Origin: an uncultured Actinomycetes bacterium
GTDB lineage: Bacteria; Actinomycetota; Thermoleophilia; Solirubrobacterales; 70-9
Length of the DNA stretch: 64,000 bases
Assembly (NCBI GenBank): GCA_963843315.1
Contig: CAWJJU010000002.1
Location: 166,872 to 230,871 of the forward strand
Direction: 5' to 3'
Made by a program: the position numbers and the translations under genes. Below, piece by piece: positions 1-8,934 of this stretch. Each line of letters starts with the position of its first letter. Position 1 is the stretch's first letter. The notes under the pieces are model-generated. The model did not search any database, was not told the DNA's origin, and worked only from the letters and a program-made list of their open reading frames with translations.

Positions 1-794
1 ATCTGCTTGCGAAACGCCTCGAGGTCGGTGATGTCGGCCTCGTCGTCGTGGGTGACGTGCGGGATGTAGACCCAGTTGCGCGCGAGGTTGGGGCCGCTGA
101 TGCGCTTGATGCGAGAGAGCGGGACGCGCTCGACCTCGCCGTACTTGGAGAAGTCGATGGCGGGCCACGGTGCGATCTCCAGGCCGGGGAGCCCGGCGCC
201 ACCGGCCGCGGGCGCGCCGCCGGCCTGGACGGCCTTCTTGACGTCCTCGCGGGTGATTCGCCCCTTGCGCCCGGAGCCCGTGACGCCGGAGAGGTCGACG
301 TCCATCTCGCGGGCCAGACGGCGGACGGACGGCGAGGCGTAGATCGAGTCTGAGGCCGCGTCGCCTGTGGGGTCAGACCCCGGTTGCGTGGGGCCGTCAC
401 CCTGGGGGTCAGGCACCTGAGTTGACTCGGGCTCCGGCGTTTCGGAAGCGAGGGTGCCTGACCCCTTTGCATTCGCGTAATCCTCATCCCCTGCCTGCTC
501 CTCGGCCTCGACCGCGGCGAACGCCACCTCGGCCTGGGTCGAGACCGCCCCGTCCTCGGAGCGGTCGAGCACCAGCAGGGCGTCGCCCTGCGAGACCTTG
601 TCGCCGACCGCCACCTTCAGCTCGACGATCGTGCCCGCGTAGGGCGAGGGCACGTCCATCGTCGCCTTGTCGGACTCGAGCGTGACCAGCGGGGCGTCGG
701 CTGAGACCTCCTCGCCGGGGCTCACCAGCACCTCGATGACGGGGACCTCCTCGAAGTCGCCGATGTCGGGAACGTCTACCTGGTACTCGCTCAT
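1..794 (-). CDS. aceF: 2-oxo acid dehydrogenase E2 (dihydrolipoamide acyltransferase); only the 5' part is present because the gene runs off the window
   Basis: My own translation from the ATG at 794 gives MSEYQVDVPDIGDFEEVPVIEVLV..LESDKATMDVPSPYAGTIVELKV (lipoyl domain), then a Pro/Gly/Asp linker, then IYASPSVRRLAREMDVDLSGVTGSGRKGRITREDV (E3-binding domain), then the start of the catalytic domain. The start forms an ATGA overlap with the aceE stop. It is absent from the ORF track because it is open at the window edge. Confidence 0.85.
   Translation of the reverse strand, partial: MSEYQVDVPDIGDFEEVPVIEVLVSPGEEVSADAPLVTLESDKATMDVPSPYAGTIVELKVAVGDKVSQGDALLVLDRSEDGAVSTQAEVAFAAVEAEEQAGDEDYANAKGSGTLASETPEPESTQVPDPQGDGPTQPGSDPTGDAASDSIYASPSVRRLAREMDVDLSGVTGSGRKGRITREDVKKAVQAGGAPAAGGAGLPGLEIAPWPAIDFSKYGEVERVPLSRIKRISGPNLARNWVYIPHVTHDDEADITDLEAFRKQ
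370..382. repeat. 13-bp palindrome GGGGTCAGACCCC inside the E2 linker coding region
   Basis: Exact copy of the dispersed palindrome family. It is read as Gly-Ser-Asp-Pro in the E2 frame. Confidence 0.9.
406..466. repeat. Inverted pair GGGGTCAGGCACC (406-418) and GGTGCCTGACCCC (454-466), variants of the palindrome family
   Basis: The two 13-mers are exact reverse complements separated by 35 nt, and both lie inside the E2 linker coding region. Confidence 0.85.
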
Positions 795-3433
795 GAGACG
801 GCGGGGTCGGGGGCTTCGGTGTCCACTTCGTACTTCGCGATCGCCTCGCTGACGACCTTGGCGTCGACGCCGCCCTCCACCGCGAGCGCTCTCAGCGCCG
901 CGACGGCGACGTGGTGGCGGTCGACCTCGAAGAAGCGTCGCAAATGCCGGCGGTAGTCGGAGCGCCCGAAGCCATCGGTTCCCAGCACCTCGAAGCGTCC
1001 GGGCACCCACGCGCGGATGCCGTCGGGCAGGGCCTTGACGTAGTCGGTCGCGGCCACCACCGGGGCGTCGCTGCCGCCCAGGCACTGCTCGACCCAGGTC
1101 GCCGGCGCCTCCCTGCCCAGGCGCTCCAGGCGGTCGTGCTCCAGGCCGTCGCGGCGCAGCTCGGTGAAGCTCGTCGCGCTCCACACCTCGGCCTCGACGC
1201 CGAAGTCGGAGGCCAGCAGGTCGGCTGCGGCCAGCACCTCGCGCAGGATGGTGCCGGAGCCCAGCAACCGCACCTTCGCAGTGCCCCCGTCCGCCTCGCG
1301 CACGCGGTGCAACCCGCGCAGGATTCCCTCCTCGGCACCGTCGGGAAGCGCCGGGTGCGAGTAGTTCTCGTTCATCACCGTGAGGTAGTAGAAGACGTCC
1401 TCCTGCTCGCCGATCATCCGCCGCAGGCCGTCGTGGACGATCACCGCGAGCTCGTAGGAGTAGGCGGGGTCGTAGGCGACGCAGTTGGGGATCATCGAGC
1501 CGAGCACGTGGCTGTGGCCGTCCTCGTGCTGAAGGCCCTCACCGTTCAGCGTCGTGCGGCCGGCGGTGCCGCCGATGAGGAAGCCGCGCGCGCGGTTGTC
1601 GCCGGCAGCCCAGGCCAGGTCCATCACCCGCTGGAAGCCGAACATCGAGTAGAAGGCGTAGAAGGGCACCATCTGCACCGCGTGGTTGGAGTAGGCGGTC
1701 GCGGCGGCGATCCACGACGAGAAGGCGCCCGCCTCGGTGATCCCCTCCTGAAGCACCTGGCCCTTGCGGTCCTCGCGGTAGACCATCAGCTGCTCGGAGT
1801 CCTCGGGCTCATACAGCTGGCCCACGTGCGAATAGATGCCGAGCTGGCGGAACATCCCCTCCATCCCGAAGGTCCGCGACTCGTCGGGGACGATCGGCAC
1901 GACCCGCGGACCCAGCTCCTTGTCGCGGATCAGCGCGGCCAGGATCCGCACGAACGCCATCGTGGTGGAGATCTCGCGCTCGCCCGTGCCCTCGAGCTGG
2001 GAGGAGAACACCTCCAGGCTCGGCACGGGCAGCGGCTCGTCGACCTTCCGCCTGCGCGCGGGGAGGGAGCCGCCGAGCGCCTCGCGGCGCTCGCGCAGAT
2101 AGCGCATCTCGGGCGAGTCCTCGGCGGGCCGGTGGAACGAGACGTCGGCGATCTCCTCGTCGGAGATGTCCAGCTCGAAGCGGTCGCGGAAGGCGTGCAG
2201 CGCCTCCTCGTTCATCTTCTTCTGCTGGTGGGTGATGTTGCGGCCCTCGCCTGCTTCGCCCATTCCGTAGCCCTTGATCGTCTTGGCGAGGATCACCGTG
2301 GGGCGGCGGCTCGCCCCCTGGGCGGCGGCGTAGGCGGCGTAGACCTTGCGCGCGTCGTGGCCGCCGCGGTTGAGCGCCCAGATGTCGGCGTCGCTCATGC
2401 CCTTCACGCGCTCGGCCAGCTCCGGGTACTTGCCGAAGAAGTGGTCGCGCACGTACTTGCCGTCGCGGGCCTTGTAGACCTGGTACTCGCCGTCGACCGC
2501 CTCCTCCATGCGCCGCACCAGCAGGCCGTCGTGGTCGGCCTCCAGGAGCGGATCCCAGCGGTCGCCCCAGATCACCTTGATCACGTTCCAGCCGGCGCCG
2601 CGGAAGATCGTCTCGAGCTCCTGGATGATCTTGCCGTTGCCGTGAACTGGCCCGTCGAGGCGCTGCAGGTTGCAGTTGACGACGAAGACGAGGTTGGAGA
2701 GCTTCTCGCGCCCGGCGAGGGCGATCGCGCCCAGCGACTCGGGCTCGTCGGTCTCGCCGTCGCCCAAAAACGCCCAGACCTTGCGCTTGCTGGTGTCGGT
2801 GACACCGCGATCGGTCAGGTAGCGCATGAACCGCGCCTGGTAGATGGCCATGATCGGCCCGAGCCCCATCGAGACCGTGGGGAACTGCCAGAAGTCCGGC
2901 ATCAGCCAGGGGTGCGGGTACGAGCTGAGGCCGCTGGGCCTCGAGACCTCCTGGCGGTAGCCCTCGAGCTGCTCCTCGGTGATGCGCCCCTCGAGATAGG
3001 CGCGGGCGTAGACGCCGGGCGAGGAGTGGCCCTGGATGTAGACGAGGTCGCCCCCGTGCGAGTCCGACGGCGCGTGCCAGAAGTGGTTGAAGCCGATCTC
3101 GTAGAGCAGCGCGGCCGATTGGAAGCTGGCGATGTGGCCGCCCAGCTCGGACGACTCCTTGTTGGCGCGCAGCACCATCGCGATCGCGTTCCAGCGGATG
3201 AGCGAGCGCACGCGCCGCTCCATCGCCGGGTCGCCCGGCAGCGGCGGCTCGTCGGCGCGCGGGATCGTGTTGACGTACGGGGTCGGGCCGACGTACTCGA
3301 TCGCGGCGCCGCGATGGCGCGCCCGCTCGACGACGCGCTCGACCAGGTCGTGCGCGCGGCGCGGCCCGTCGTTCTCGACTACGGCGTCAAGAGCCTCGAG
3401 CCATTCCTCGGTTTCGACTGCGTCGATGTCCAC
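791..3433 (-). CDS. aceE: Pyruvate dehydrogenase E1 component, homodimeric AceE type
   Basis: The 880-aa ORF contains ..RWNAIAMVLRANKESSELGGHIASFQSAALLYEIGFNHFW..GDLVYIQGHSSPGVYARAYLEGR.., typical of AceE. It is translationally coupled to the E2 gene. Confidence 0.93.
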   Translation of the reverse strand: MDIDAVETEEWLEALDAVVENDGPRRAHDLVERVVERARHRGAAIEYVGPTPYVNTIPRADEPPLPGDPAMERRVRSLIRWNAIAMVLRANKESSELGGHIASFQSAALLYEIGFNHFWHAPSDSHGGDLVYIQGHSSPGVYARAYLEGRITEEQLEGYRQEVSRPSGLSSYPHPWLMPDFWQFPTVSMGLGPIMAIYQARFMRYLTDRGVTDTSKRKVWAFLGDGETDEPESLGAIALAGREKLSNLVFVVNCNLQRLDGPVHGNGKIIQELETIFRGAGWNVIKVIWGDRWDPLLEADHDGLLVRRMEEAVDGEYQVYKARDGKYVRDHFFGKYPELAERVKGMSDADIWALNRGGHDARKVYAAYAAAQGASRRPTVILAKTIKGYGMGEAGEGRNITHQQKKMNEEALHAFRDRFELDISDEEIADVSFHRPAEDSPEMRYLRERREALGGSLPARRRKVDEPLPVPSLEVFSSQLEGTGEREISTTMAFVRILAALIRDKELGPRVVPIVPDESRTFGMEGMFRQLGIYSHVGQLYEPEDSEQLMVYREDRKGQVLQEGITEAGAFSSWIAAATAYSNHAVQMVPFYAFYSMFGFQRVMDLAWAAGDNRARGFLIGGTAGRTTLNGEGLQHEDGHSHVLGSMIPNCVAYDPAYSYELAVIVHDGLRRMIGEQEDVFYYLTVMNENYSHPALPDGAEEGILRGLHRVREADGGTAKVRLLGSGTILREVLAAADLLASDFGVEAEVWSATSFTELRRDGLEHDRLERLGREAPATWVEQCLGGSDAPVVAATDYVKALPDGIRAWVPGRFEVLGTDGFGRSDYRRHLRRFFEVDRHHVAVAALRALAVEGGVDAKVVSEAIAKYEVDTEAPDPAVS

Positions 3434-3493
3434 CCCGAGCGAGCCTATCGAGCCAGGCGCTCCGGCCCCGGCGCTGCGCGGCGAGGGCTTCGC

Positions 3494-4084
3494 CTAGGCC
3501 GCGGCGGCCGCCACCGCCTCGTCGAGCATGTCGTCTCCCCAGAAGACGCGGCCGTTGACGACGAAGCTGGGCGCGCCGGTGACGCCCAGCTCGGCGACCC
3601 GGTCGGTGGCCTCGCGCAGCCGGTCCTTGATCGACTGCCGCTCGACCGCCGCGAGGATCGCACGCGGGTGCATCTCGGCCGCGGCGGCGGCGATCAGGAC
3701 GTTGTCGGGGTCGGCGAGGTCGCGCCCGCCGACGAAGGCCTGACGGAAGGCCGCCAGCGAGAACGACACTGTCTTGCCCAGCTCCTTCGCGAACGTCGCC
3801 ACCCGCATGGCGAAGAGGTAGTTGTCCGGCCAGGGGTCGGGCCAGGCGAGCGGCGGCAGCCCGTAGGCCGAGGCCCGGCGCTCGCACTCGGCCATGCCCT
3901 CCTCGCGATCGGGGCCGAGGCCCCATGATGAGCGGCCGAAGCGCTGGAAGAGACCGCCGAGCAGGACCGGCTGCCACTCGGGGACCTCGGCGCCGGCGCC
4001 GGCGAACGCGGCGTTGATCCTCTCCGCGGAGAGGTAGGCGTAGGGCGAGCCGAGGTCGTAGACGAATAGGGCGCGATCAGCCAT
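3494..4084 (-). CDS. DsbA-family thioredoxin-fold protein (2-hydroxychromene-2-carboxylate isomerase-like)
   Basis: Starts at the in-frame ATG at 4084 (MADRALFVYDLGSPYAYLSAERI..) and ends ..GVTGAPSFVVNGRVFWGDDMLDEA, a typical DsbA/HCCA-isomerase C-terminus. Confidence 0.7.
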   Translation of the reverse strand: MADRALFVYDLGSPYAYLSAERINAAFAGAGAEVPEWQPVLLGGLFQRFGRSSWGLGPDREEGMAECERRASAYGLPPLAWPDPWPDNYLFAMRVATFAKELGKTVSFSLAAFRQAFVGGRDLADPDNVLIAAAAAEMHPRAILAAVERQSIKDRLREATDRVAELGVTGAPSFVVNGRVFWGDDMLDEAVAAAAA

Positions 4085-4227
4085 GGGCGGTGGGAAGACT
4101 ATTCGCGGGCCCACCCGCAGCAGGTCACGCTGCGCGCCTCGCGAGGGTGATGACCGACGGCGACCCGTCGATGGACTACGGCATCGCGACCATCGAGGGC
4201 CTGACGGCAAAGCTCGTGCGCTGAGGC

Positions 4228-5727
4228 CTACGGATCGAGGCCGCGCCAGGGCGCGGCGTGCACCCTGCGATGCCCGCGCTTCCCGCCCAACCGGATCCGG
4301 CGGACGACCGAGTTGTTGGCGCGCGAGGCCTCGGTGAGCAGGCCCAGCGGGTTCACCTCCACCTTGATCAGGTAGCGGCCGTTCGGGACGTGGGTGATGT
4401 CGAAGGCCTGCCCGGCGACGATCTGCGTGTAGGTGTCGCCCCAGCCCACCGGCAGCAGCTCGCGGATCCACAGCGCGGTCGAGTCGCCGCATGAGCTGCC
4501 GAGGAAGGCTGGCTCGGTCATCCAGTCGGCGCCGGGCAGCCGCAGATCCACCAGGTCGGTCGGCGCGACGCAGAACGACTGCTTGCGGCTGGCGACGACC
4601 TTGCTGCCGTTGCGATGGCGAAGCGTGTAGCGGGCGAACTGCTCGACGTGCCAGTGGTGGTGGCCGTGGCGGCGATCGAACTCGAAGTGCCCGGCCGGGC
4701 GCCGGCCGATCACGTGCCCGCGCGAATTGTGGAAGTACTCGAACGCCCGCATGCGATCGTGGCCCGGCCGGCGAAAGCCCTCGAGGTCGAGGGGCGCCGG
4801 CCCTGCGTTCCACTCCGTCGCCGCGAACGTGAGCAGGTCGTGCCCGCGCTGCCTCTCCGCGTCGACGTTCCAGGCCGGCAGCGCCGCCAGGTCGGGCCGA
4901 AAGCGCCGCGGCGGGCGGTCCACCTTCGGCACGCCGGCCGGCACGGAGGCCGCTGCCGGGGTCGTGGCCTTCCCGCCGCCGCCGATGCCACGGCCGCCTC
5001 CCCGGACATACGCGCGCAGGTGGACCGACGCCGCAGCGCGGGAGATGCCGAACAGGCGGCGATATGGCTTCTCGATCCGAGCCGTGACGTTGTAGCGGCC
5101 CTTGTCGATCTTCACGCGAGGGTCGGGGCCGCCGAAGTCGAGCACCGGCGCAGCCCAGTCGCGGTCGATCCCCCAGACCAGGCCCTTGACGAACGGCGAG
5201 GTCGAGCTGCAGGTGGGCGGAAAGCGGGAGTTCTCGGGGCCGTGGCCGCCCAGCCGCTGGCGGGCGCCCGACGGGCAGAACGGCATCTCGGCGGCCGCCA
5301 CGAGCTTGCCGCGCCGGTGGAAGCGGACGGAGACGAAGTCGCGCAGTCGTGGGAAGGGAGCGAGCATCTGCCGAGGGGGACCCAGGCCGCGGCCCTGGAA
5401 GCCGCCGCCCTGGACGGAGCGCGAGGCCACCAGCCGCCGGGGGATCGGCCGGATCACCCTTCCGCTCGCGGGCCTCACCTGGGCGGCTCGGAAGCCGTGG
5501 GAATAGCGCTGACGCCAGGCGTCGATGCGAAGCGGGGCGCCCTTGCTGCCCACCTCCAGGCCCAGCTGCGTGAGCGCGACCGAGTGCGAGAACGCGCGCA
5601 CGCCGATGCGCGCCGTGGGCGCGATCAGGCTCAGCCGCGGCGAGCGGGCCTGGGCGACGGCCGGAGCGAGCACCGCAACGGCGAGGGCGGCGAGCGCAAA
5701 GGCGGTGAGCGTGGGGTTACGGCGCAT
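4228..5727 (-). CDS. Secreted lysyl oxidase (LOX)-family copper amine oxidase homologue
   Basis: Signal peptide MRRNPTLTAFALAALAVAVLAPAVAQA from the ATG at 5727. The C-terminal region is ..FEFDRRHGHHHWHVEQFARYTLR..SFCVAPTD..GWGDTYTQIVAGQAFDITHVPNGRYLIKVEVNPLGLLTEASRANNSVVRRIRL. It parallels the animal LOX catalytic domain ([74 protein letters not shown]). Confidence 0.75.
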   Translation of the reverse strand: MRRNPTLTAFALAALAVAVLAPAVAQARSPRLSLIAPTARIGVRAFSHSVALTQLGLEVGSKGAPLRIDAWRQRYSHGFRAAQVRPASGRVIRPIPRRLVASRSVQGGGFQGRGLGPPRQMLAPFPRLRDFVSVRFHRRGKLVAAAEMPFCPSGARQRLGGHGPENSRFPPTCSSTSPFVKGLVWGIDRDWAAPVLDFGGPDPRVKIDKGRYNVTARIEKPYRRLFGISRAAASVHLRAYVRGGGRGIGGGGKATTPAAASVPAGVPKVDRPPRRFRPDLAALPAWNVDAERQRGHDLLTFAATEWNAGPAPLDLEGFRRPGHDRMRAFEYFHNSRGHVIGRRPAGHFEFDRRHGHHHWHVEQFARYTLRHRNGSKVVASRKQSFCVAPTDLVDLRLPGADWMTEPAFLGSSCGDSTALWIRELLPVGWGDTYTQIVAGQAFDITHVPNGRYLIKVEVNPLGLLTEASRANNSVVRRIRLGGKRGHRRVHAAPWRGLDP

Positions 5728-5779
5728 GGGCAGGCGGACGGTAGAGCTACGGGCGGGCGCCCGCACTGTCACGCCCCGG

Positions 5780-7151
5780 CTACTGGTGGGTGGCCCAGCC
5801 GTCGACCGCGCGCGCCGCGTCGAGGATGGCCTCGGAGATCGTGGGATGCGGGTGGACGATCCGGGCGAGCTCCTGGTAGCCGCCCTCGAGGGCCATGACG
5901 TCGACGAGCTCGGAGATCATGTCGCAGGCCCGGTTGCCGACGATGTGGGCGCCCACGATCTCGCCGTACTTGGAGTCGGCCACGATCTTGACCATGCCGT
6001 CGCGGTCGTCGTAGACCGCCGAGGCGCCGACGCCGCCGAGCTTGAACTTGCCGACCTTGACGTCGTGCCCGGCCTCCTTGGCCTGCGCCTCGGTGAGGCC
6101 GACGCTCGCGACCTGGGGATGGCAGAAGGTCGCGCCCGGGACGAGGTCGATGTCGATCGCGTGCGTGTCGGCCCCGGCGATGGTCTCGGCCGCGACGACG
6201 CCCTCCTCGGAGGCCTTGTGCGCAAGCGCGGGCCCGCGCACGAGGTCGCCGATCGCGAACACCTTCTGGTTGGTGGTCCGCTGGAAGTCGTCGATCTTGA
6301 CCTTGCCGTTCTCCTCGACCTCGACCCCCGCCTCGGCGAGGCCGAGCGGGTCGGTGTCGGGACGGCGGCCGCCGGCGATCACCAGATAGTCGACCTCGGC
6401 GGAGCTGCTCGCCGTAGGTGAGCTTCACCGACTTGCCGGTGTCCTCGACGTTCTCGACCGGGTTGCCGGTGGCGACCTCGATGTTCTGCTTCTTGAAGGC
6501 GCGCTCGACCACGCGGGCCATGTCCTTGTCCTCGAGGGGGAGGATCTGGCCGAGCATCTCGATCAGGTGGACCTGGGTGCCGTAGCGCCCGTAGGCGGAG
6601 GCGATCTCCGAGCCCGAGGCGCCCGCGCCCACGACCGCCAGCGACTTCGGCTGTTCGGGCAGCGACCAGGCGCCCCACGTGTCGACGATGCGCCCGCCGA
6701 ACTCGACGCCCGGGATCGGCATGGCGACGGACCCGGTGGCGAGGATCACGGACTTCGCCTCGTACGTCTCGTCGCCGACCTTGACGTTGGCGTCGGCGGT
6801 GAGGGTGGCCTCGCCCTCGATCTGCTCGACCTTGTTCTTCTGCCAGAGCATCTTCACGCCGTCGGAGAGCCCCTGGCTGACGTTCGCGCGGCGTTCGCCG
6901 AGCGCCTTCCAGTCGAGCGAGGGCTTCTGCACCTTGATCCCCAGCTCGGCGCCGCCGTTGGCGACGTGGTCGTAGATCTCCGCCGTGTAGAGCATCGTCT
7001 TCGCCGGGATGCAGGCGTAGTTGAGGCACCGCCCGCCCGCCTTGTCCTTCTCCATAACAGCGGTGCGCTGCCCGAGCTGGGCGGCGCGGATCGCCGCGAC
7101 GTACCCGCCCGGGCCGCCGCCGATGACGATGACGTCGAATGGTTCAGCCAT
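5780..7151 (-). CDS. lpdA: Dihydrolipoamide dehydrogenase (E3), with an apparent +1 frame break near 6392-6410
   Basis: The N-terminal part, MAEPFDVIVIGGGPGGYVAAIRAAQLG..GGRCLNYACIPAK, lies in the frame of ORF 5769..7313. The C-terminal part, ..AGGRRPDTDPLGL..FAIGD..HPHPTISEA, lies in ORF 5780..6382. The total length is 1372 nt, which is 3n+1. Confidence 0.85.
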
Positions 7152-7182
7152 GGCGGCCGACTTTATATGAGGCGCTAGTTGT

Positions 7183-7707
7183 TCAGAGGGGCGGGCGCGA
7201 GGGGCGGTCGGGCATCTGGATGCGCGCCATCGCCCTGACCATGAACCAGAACAGCGTCCCCGAAACCCCGGCCAGCGCCACGAACACGAGGGCTGCGACG
7301 ACGCTCTCGGCACCGATCGCCCCGAGCGCTCCGATGAGGATGAAGAAGGCGAGCACGACGTCGAAGCCGAGCACGGCCCAGTAGCGCACGCGGAACATCC
7401 CGTAGGCGGCCATCCCCATCAGGAACGTGGGCCAGAAGACGTCGATCAGCGGAGGCTTGTCGCCGTTGATCTGTGCCCCCGCCAGCCAGGCGACGGGCGA
7501 GGCGAGCGCGATCAGCCCCGCCACCACCGCACACACCGTCACGACCAGGGGGCGCTCGTTCTCCTCCAGCGGCTCCAGGCGGTCGCGGGCCGCGCGGTTC
7601 TTCGCCTCGTAGCCCGACTCCATGCGCGAGACGAGCTCGGCCTTGCGCTGCGCGCCGCGCTCCTTTCGCTTGCGGCGCTCGACGCGCTTTTGCTCTCGGT
7701 TCGGCAT
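7183..7707 (-). CDS. Hypothetical membrane protein with a basic N-terminus and 3-4 TM helices
   Basis: Starts at the in-frame ATG at 7707 ([25 protein letters not shown]..) and is followed by hydrophobic segments. I recognise no family. Confidence 0.5.
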   Translation of the reverse strand: MPNREQKRVERRKRKERGAQRKAELVSRMESGYEAKNRAARDRLEPLEENERPLVVTVCAVVAGLIALASPVAWLAGAQINGDKPPLIDVFWPTFLMGMAAYGMFRVRYWAVLGFDVVLAFFILIGALGAIGAESVVAALVFVALAGVSGTLFWFMVRAMARIQMPDRPSRPPL

Positions 7708-7712
7708 GAGGT

Positions 7713-8771
7713 CTACGAGCTCCGGGCCGTCAAGGTAGGCGAGTCGGCGCTCGCCGCCGTCAGCGCAGCCCTCAGGGCACGCGCCACCGCCTCGGGCTCG
7801 TCCGCGTCGCGGATGGCTCGCACCACGACGGCGCGCTGCGCTCCCGCCGCTGCGACGTCGCCCACGTTCGACTCGTCGATGCCGCCGATCGCGAACCACG
7901 GCAGGGTCGCCGTCGCGGCCGCGTTGCGCACGTACTCGAGGCCGGCGGCGGGGCGACCGGGCTTGGTGGGCGTCTCCCACACGGGCCCGACGCTGACGTA
8001 GTCGGGGCGGGCGAGCCCGCTCGCGCCCTCGGCGCCGGCGAGCTGGTCGGGCGCGTGGCTGGACAGGCCGACCAGGACGCCCTCCCCCGCCTCGGCGCGG
8101 GCCGCGGCGACGGGCGTGTCGTCCTGGCCCACGTGGACCCCGTCGGCGCCGGTGGCGGCGACCAGGTCGGGGCGGTCGTTCAGCACGAAGAGCGCGCCGT
8201 GGCTGTCGGCGAGCCGCCGGAACGGCTCGGCGAGCGACACCAGCTCCTCCGCGCAGCGAGGAGCCTTCTCGCGCAGTTGGATCACGTCGACTCCTCCGCG
8301 CAGCGCCGCGTCGAGGATTCCCTCGACCCCCGGTACGCCCTCGCAGACGAAGTACAGGCGCGCGTCGCCGAGGCGGCCCAGGCGAACCCATCGCCGAGAC
8401 TCATCGAGCGTCCGGAACACCTTGAGGATGGAGACTCGCCCACCCTCCAGCTCGATGCCCATCCCGGTGCCCGCGCGAACCGCCGCGCCGCTGGCCTGTC
8501 CGCGCTGGAGCGTCTCCCCGAAGAGCGCCATCCGGGAGCCGATCTCGAAGGGATCCGACCAATGCAGCTCCCGCGAGGTGAACGCCTGAGCCCGGGAGGC
8601 AAAGAAGGCGGCGAAGCTGTCCGGGCCCTCGTAGAAACCGCGGTCGGGGGCGTCCGAGAGCCTCCAATCCAGCACCACGCTCGGCGTCAGCAGCTCGTTG
8701 AGAGCCGTGAAGTCGCCCGTCTGGAAGCTGAGGCGCATGGCGTCGAGCGCGCGGGTCGTGGCGGCGTCCAT
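7713..8771 (-). CDS. thiE: Thiamine-phosphate synthase fused to an N-terminal NTF2/SnoaL-like domain
   Basis: The C-terminal ~210 aa (..[63 protein letters not shown]) is ThiE. The N-terminal ~140 aa (..[28 protein letters not shown]) looks SnoaL-like. The start could be the ATG at 8771 or the GTG at 8804. Confidence 0.8.
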   Translation of the reverse strand: MDAATTRALDAMRLSFQTGDFTALNELLTPSVVLDWRLSDAPDRGFYEGPDSFAAFFASRAQAFTSRELHWSDPFEIGSRMALFGETLQRGQASGAAVRAGTGMGIELEGGRVSILKVFRTLDESRRWVRLGRLGDARLYFVCEGVPGVEGILDAALRGGVDVIQLREKAPRCAEELVSLAEPFRRLADSHGALFVLNDRPDLVAATGADGVHVGQDDTPVAAARAEAGEGVLVGLSSHAPDQLAGAEGASGLARPDYVSVGPVWETPTKPGRPAAGLEYVRNAAATATLPWFAIGGIDESNVGDVAAAGAQRAVVVRAIRDADEPEAVARALRAALTAASADSPTLTARSS

Positions 8772-8803
8772 GCCGGAATTATCGCGCCCACTACCATGGA
8801 TCA

Positions 8804-8905
8804 CGCAACGGGAGCCCGCGTACGAGCATGGGCTGAGAGGGCGGCAACGCGGCCGCCGACCGTCAGAACCTGATCCGGGTCATGCCGGCGCAGGGATTGG
8901 TGGCC
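8804..8905 (+). promoter_or_regulatory. TPP (THI-box) riboswitch upstream of thiO-thiS-thiG
   Basis: Contains ..GGGCTGAGAGGGC.. and ..CAGAACCTGATCCGGGTCATGCCGGCGCAGGGA.., matching the conserved CUGAGA and ACCUGAUCUGGxUAAUxCCAGCGUAGGGA cores. It sits just upstream of the AAGGAG ribosome-binding site and the thiO ATG. The boundaries are approximate. Confidence 0.85.
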
Positions 8906-8934
8906 AACGCGGCCCTCCCGGTGACAAGGAGAGC

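Noticed and set aside
911-3928. 1005-aa plus-strand ORF antisense to aceE, and similar long ORFs such as 19907..21865, 26076..28457, 28442..30724, 47950..49653, 50456..52279, 52927..54237 and 17549..18994
   Set aside because: They are Ala/Arg/Gly/Val-rich, low-complexity translations lying opposite or out of frame to genes with unmistakable conserved motifs. This is the classic high-GC open-frame artefact.
4147-4224. Tiny plus-strand ORF (MTDGDPSMDYGIATIEGLTAKLVR) between the DsbA-like and LOX genes
   Set aside because: It is only about 24 codons, with no ribosome-binding site and no recognisable motif. It is probably non-coding intergenic sequence.
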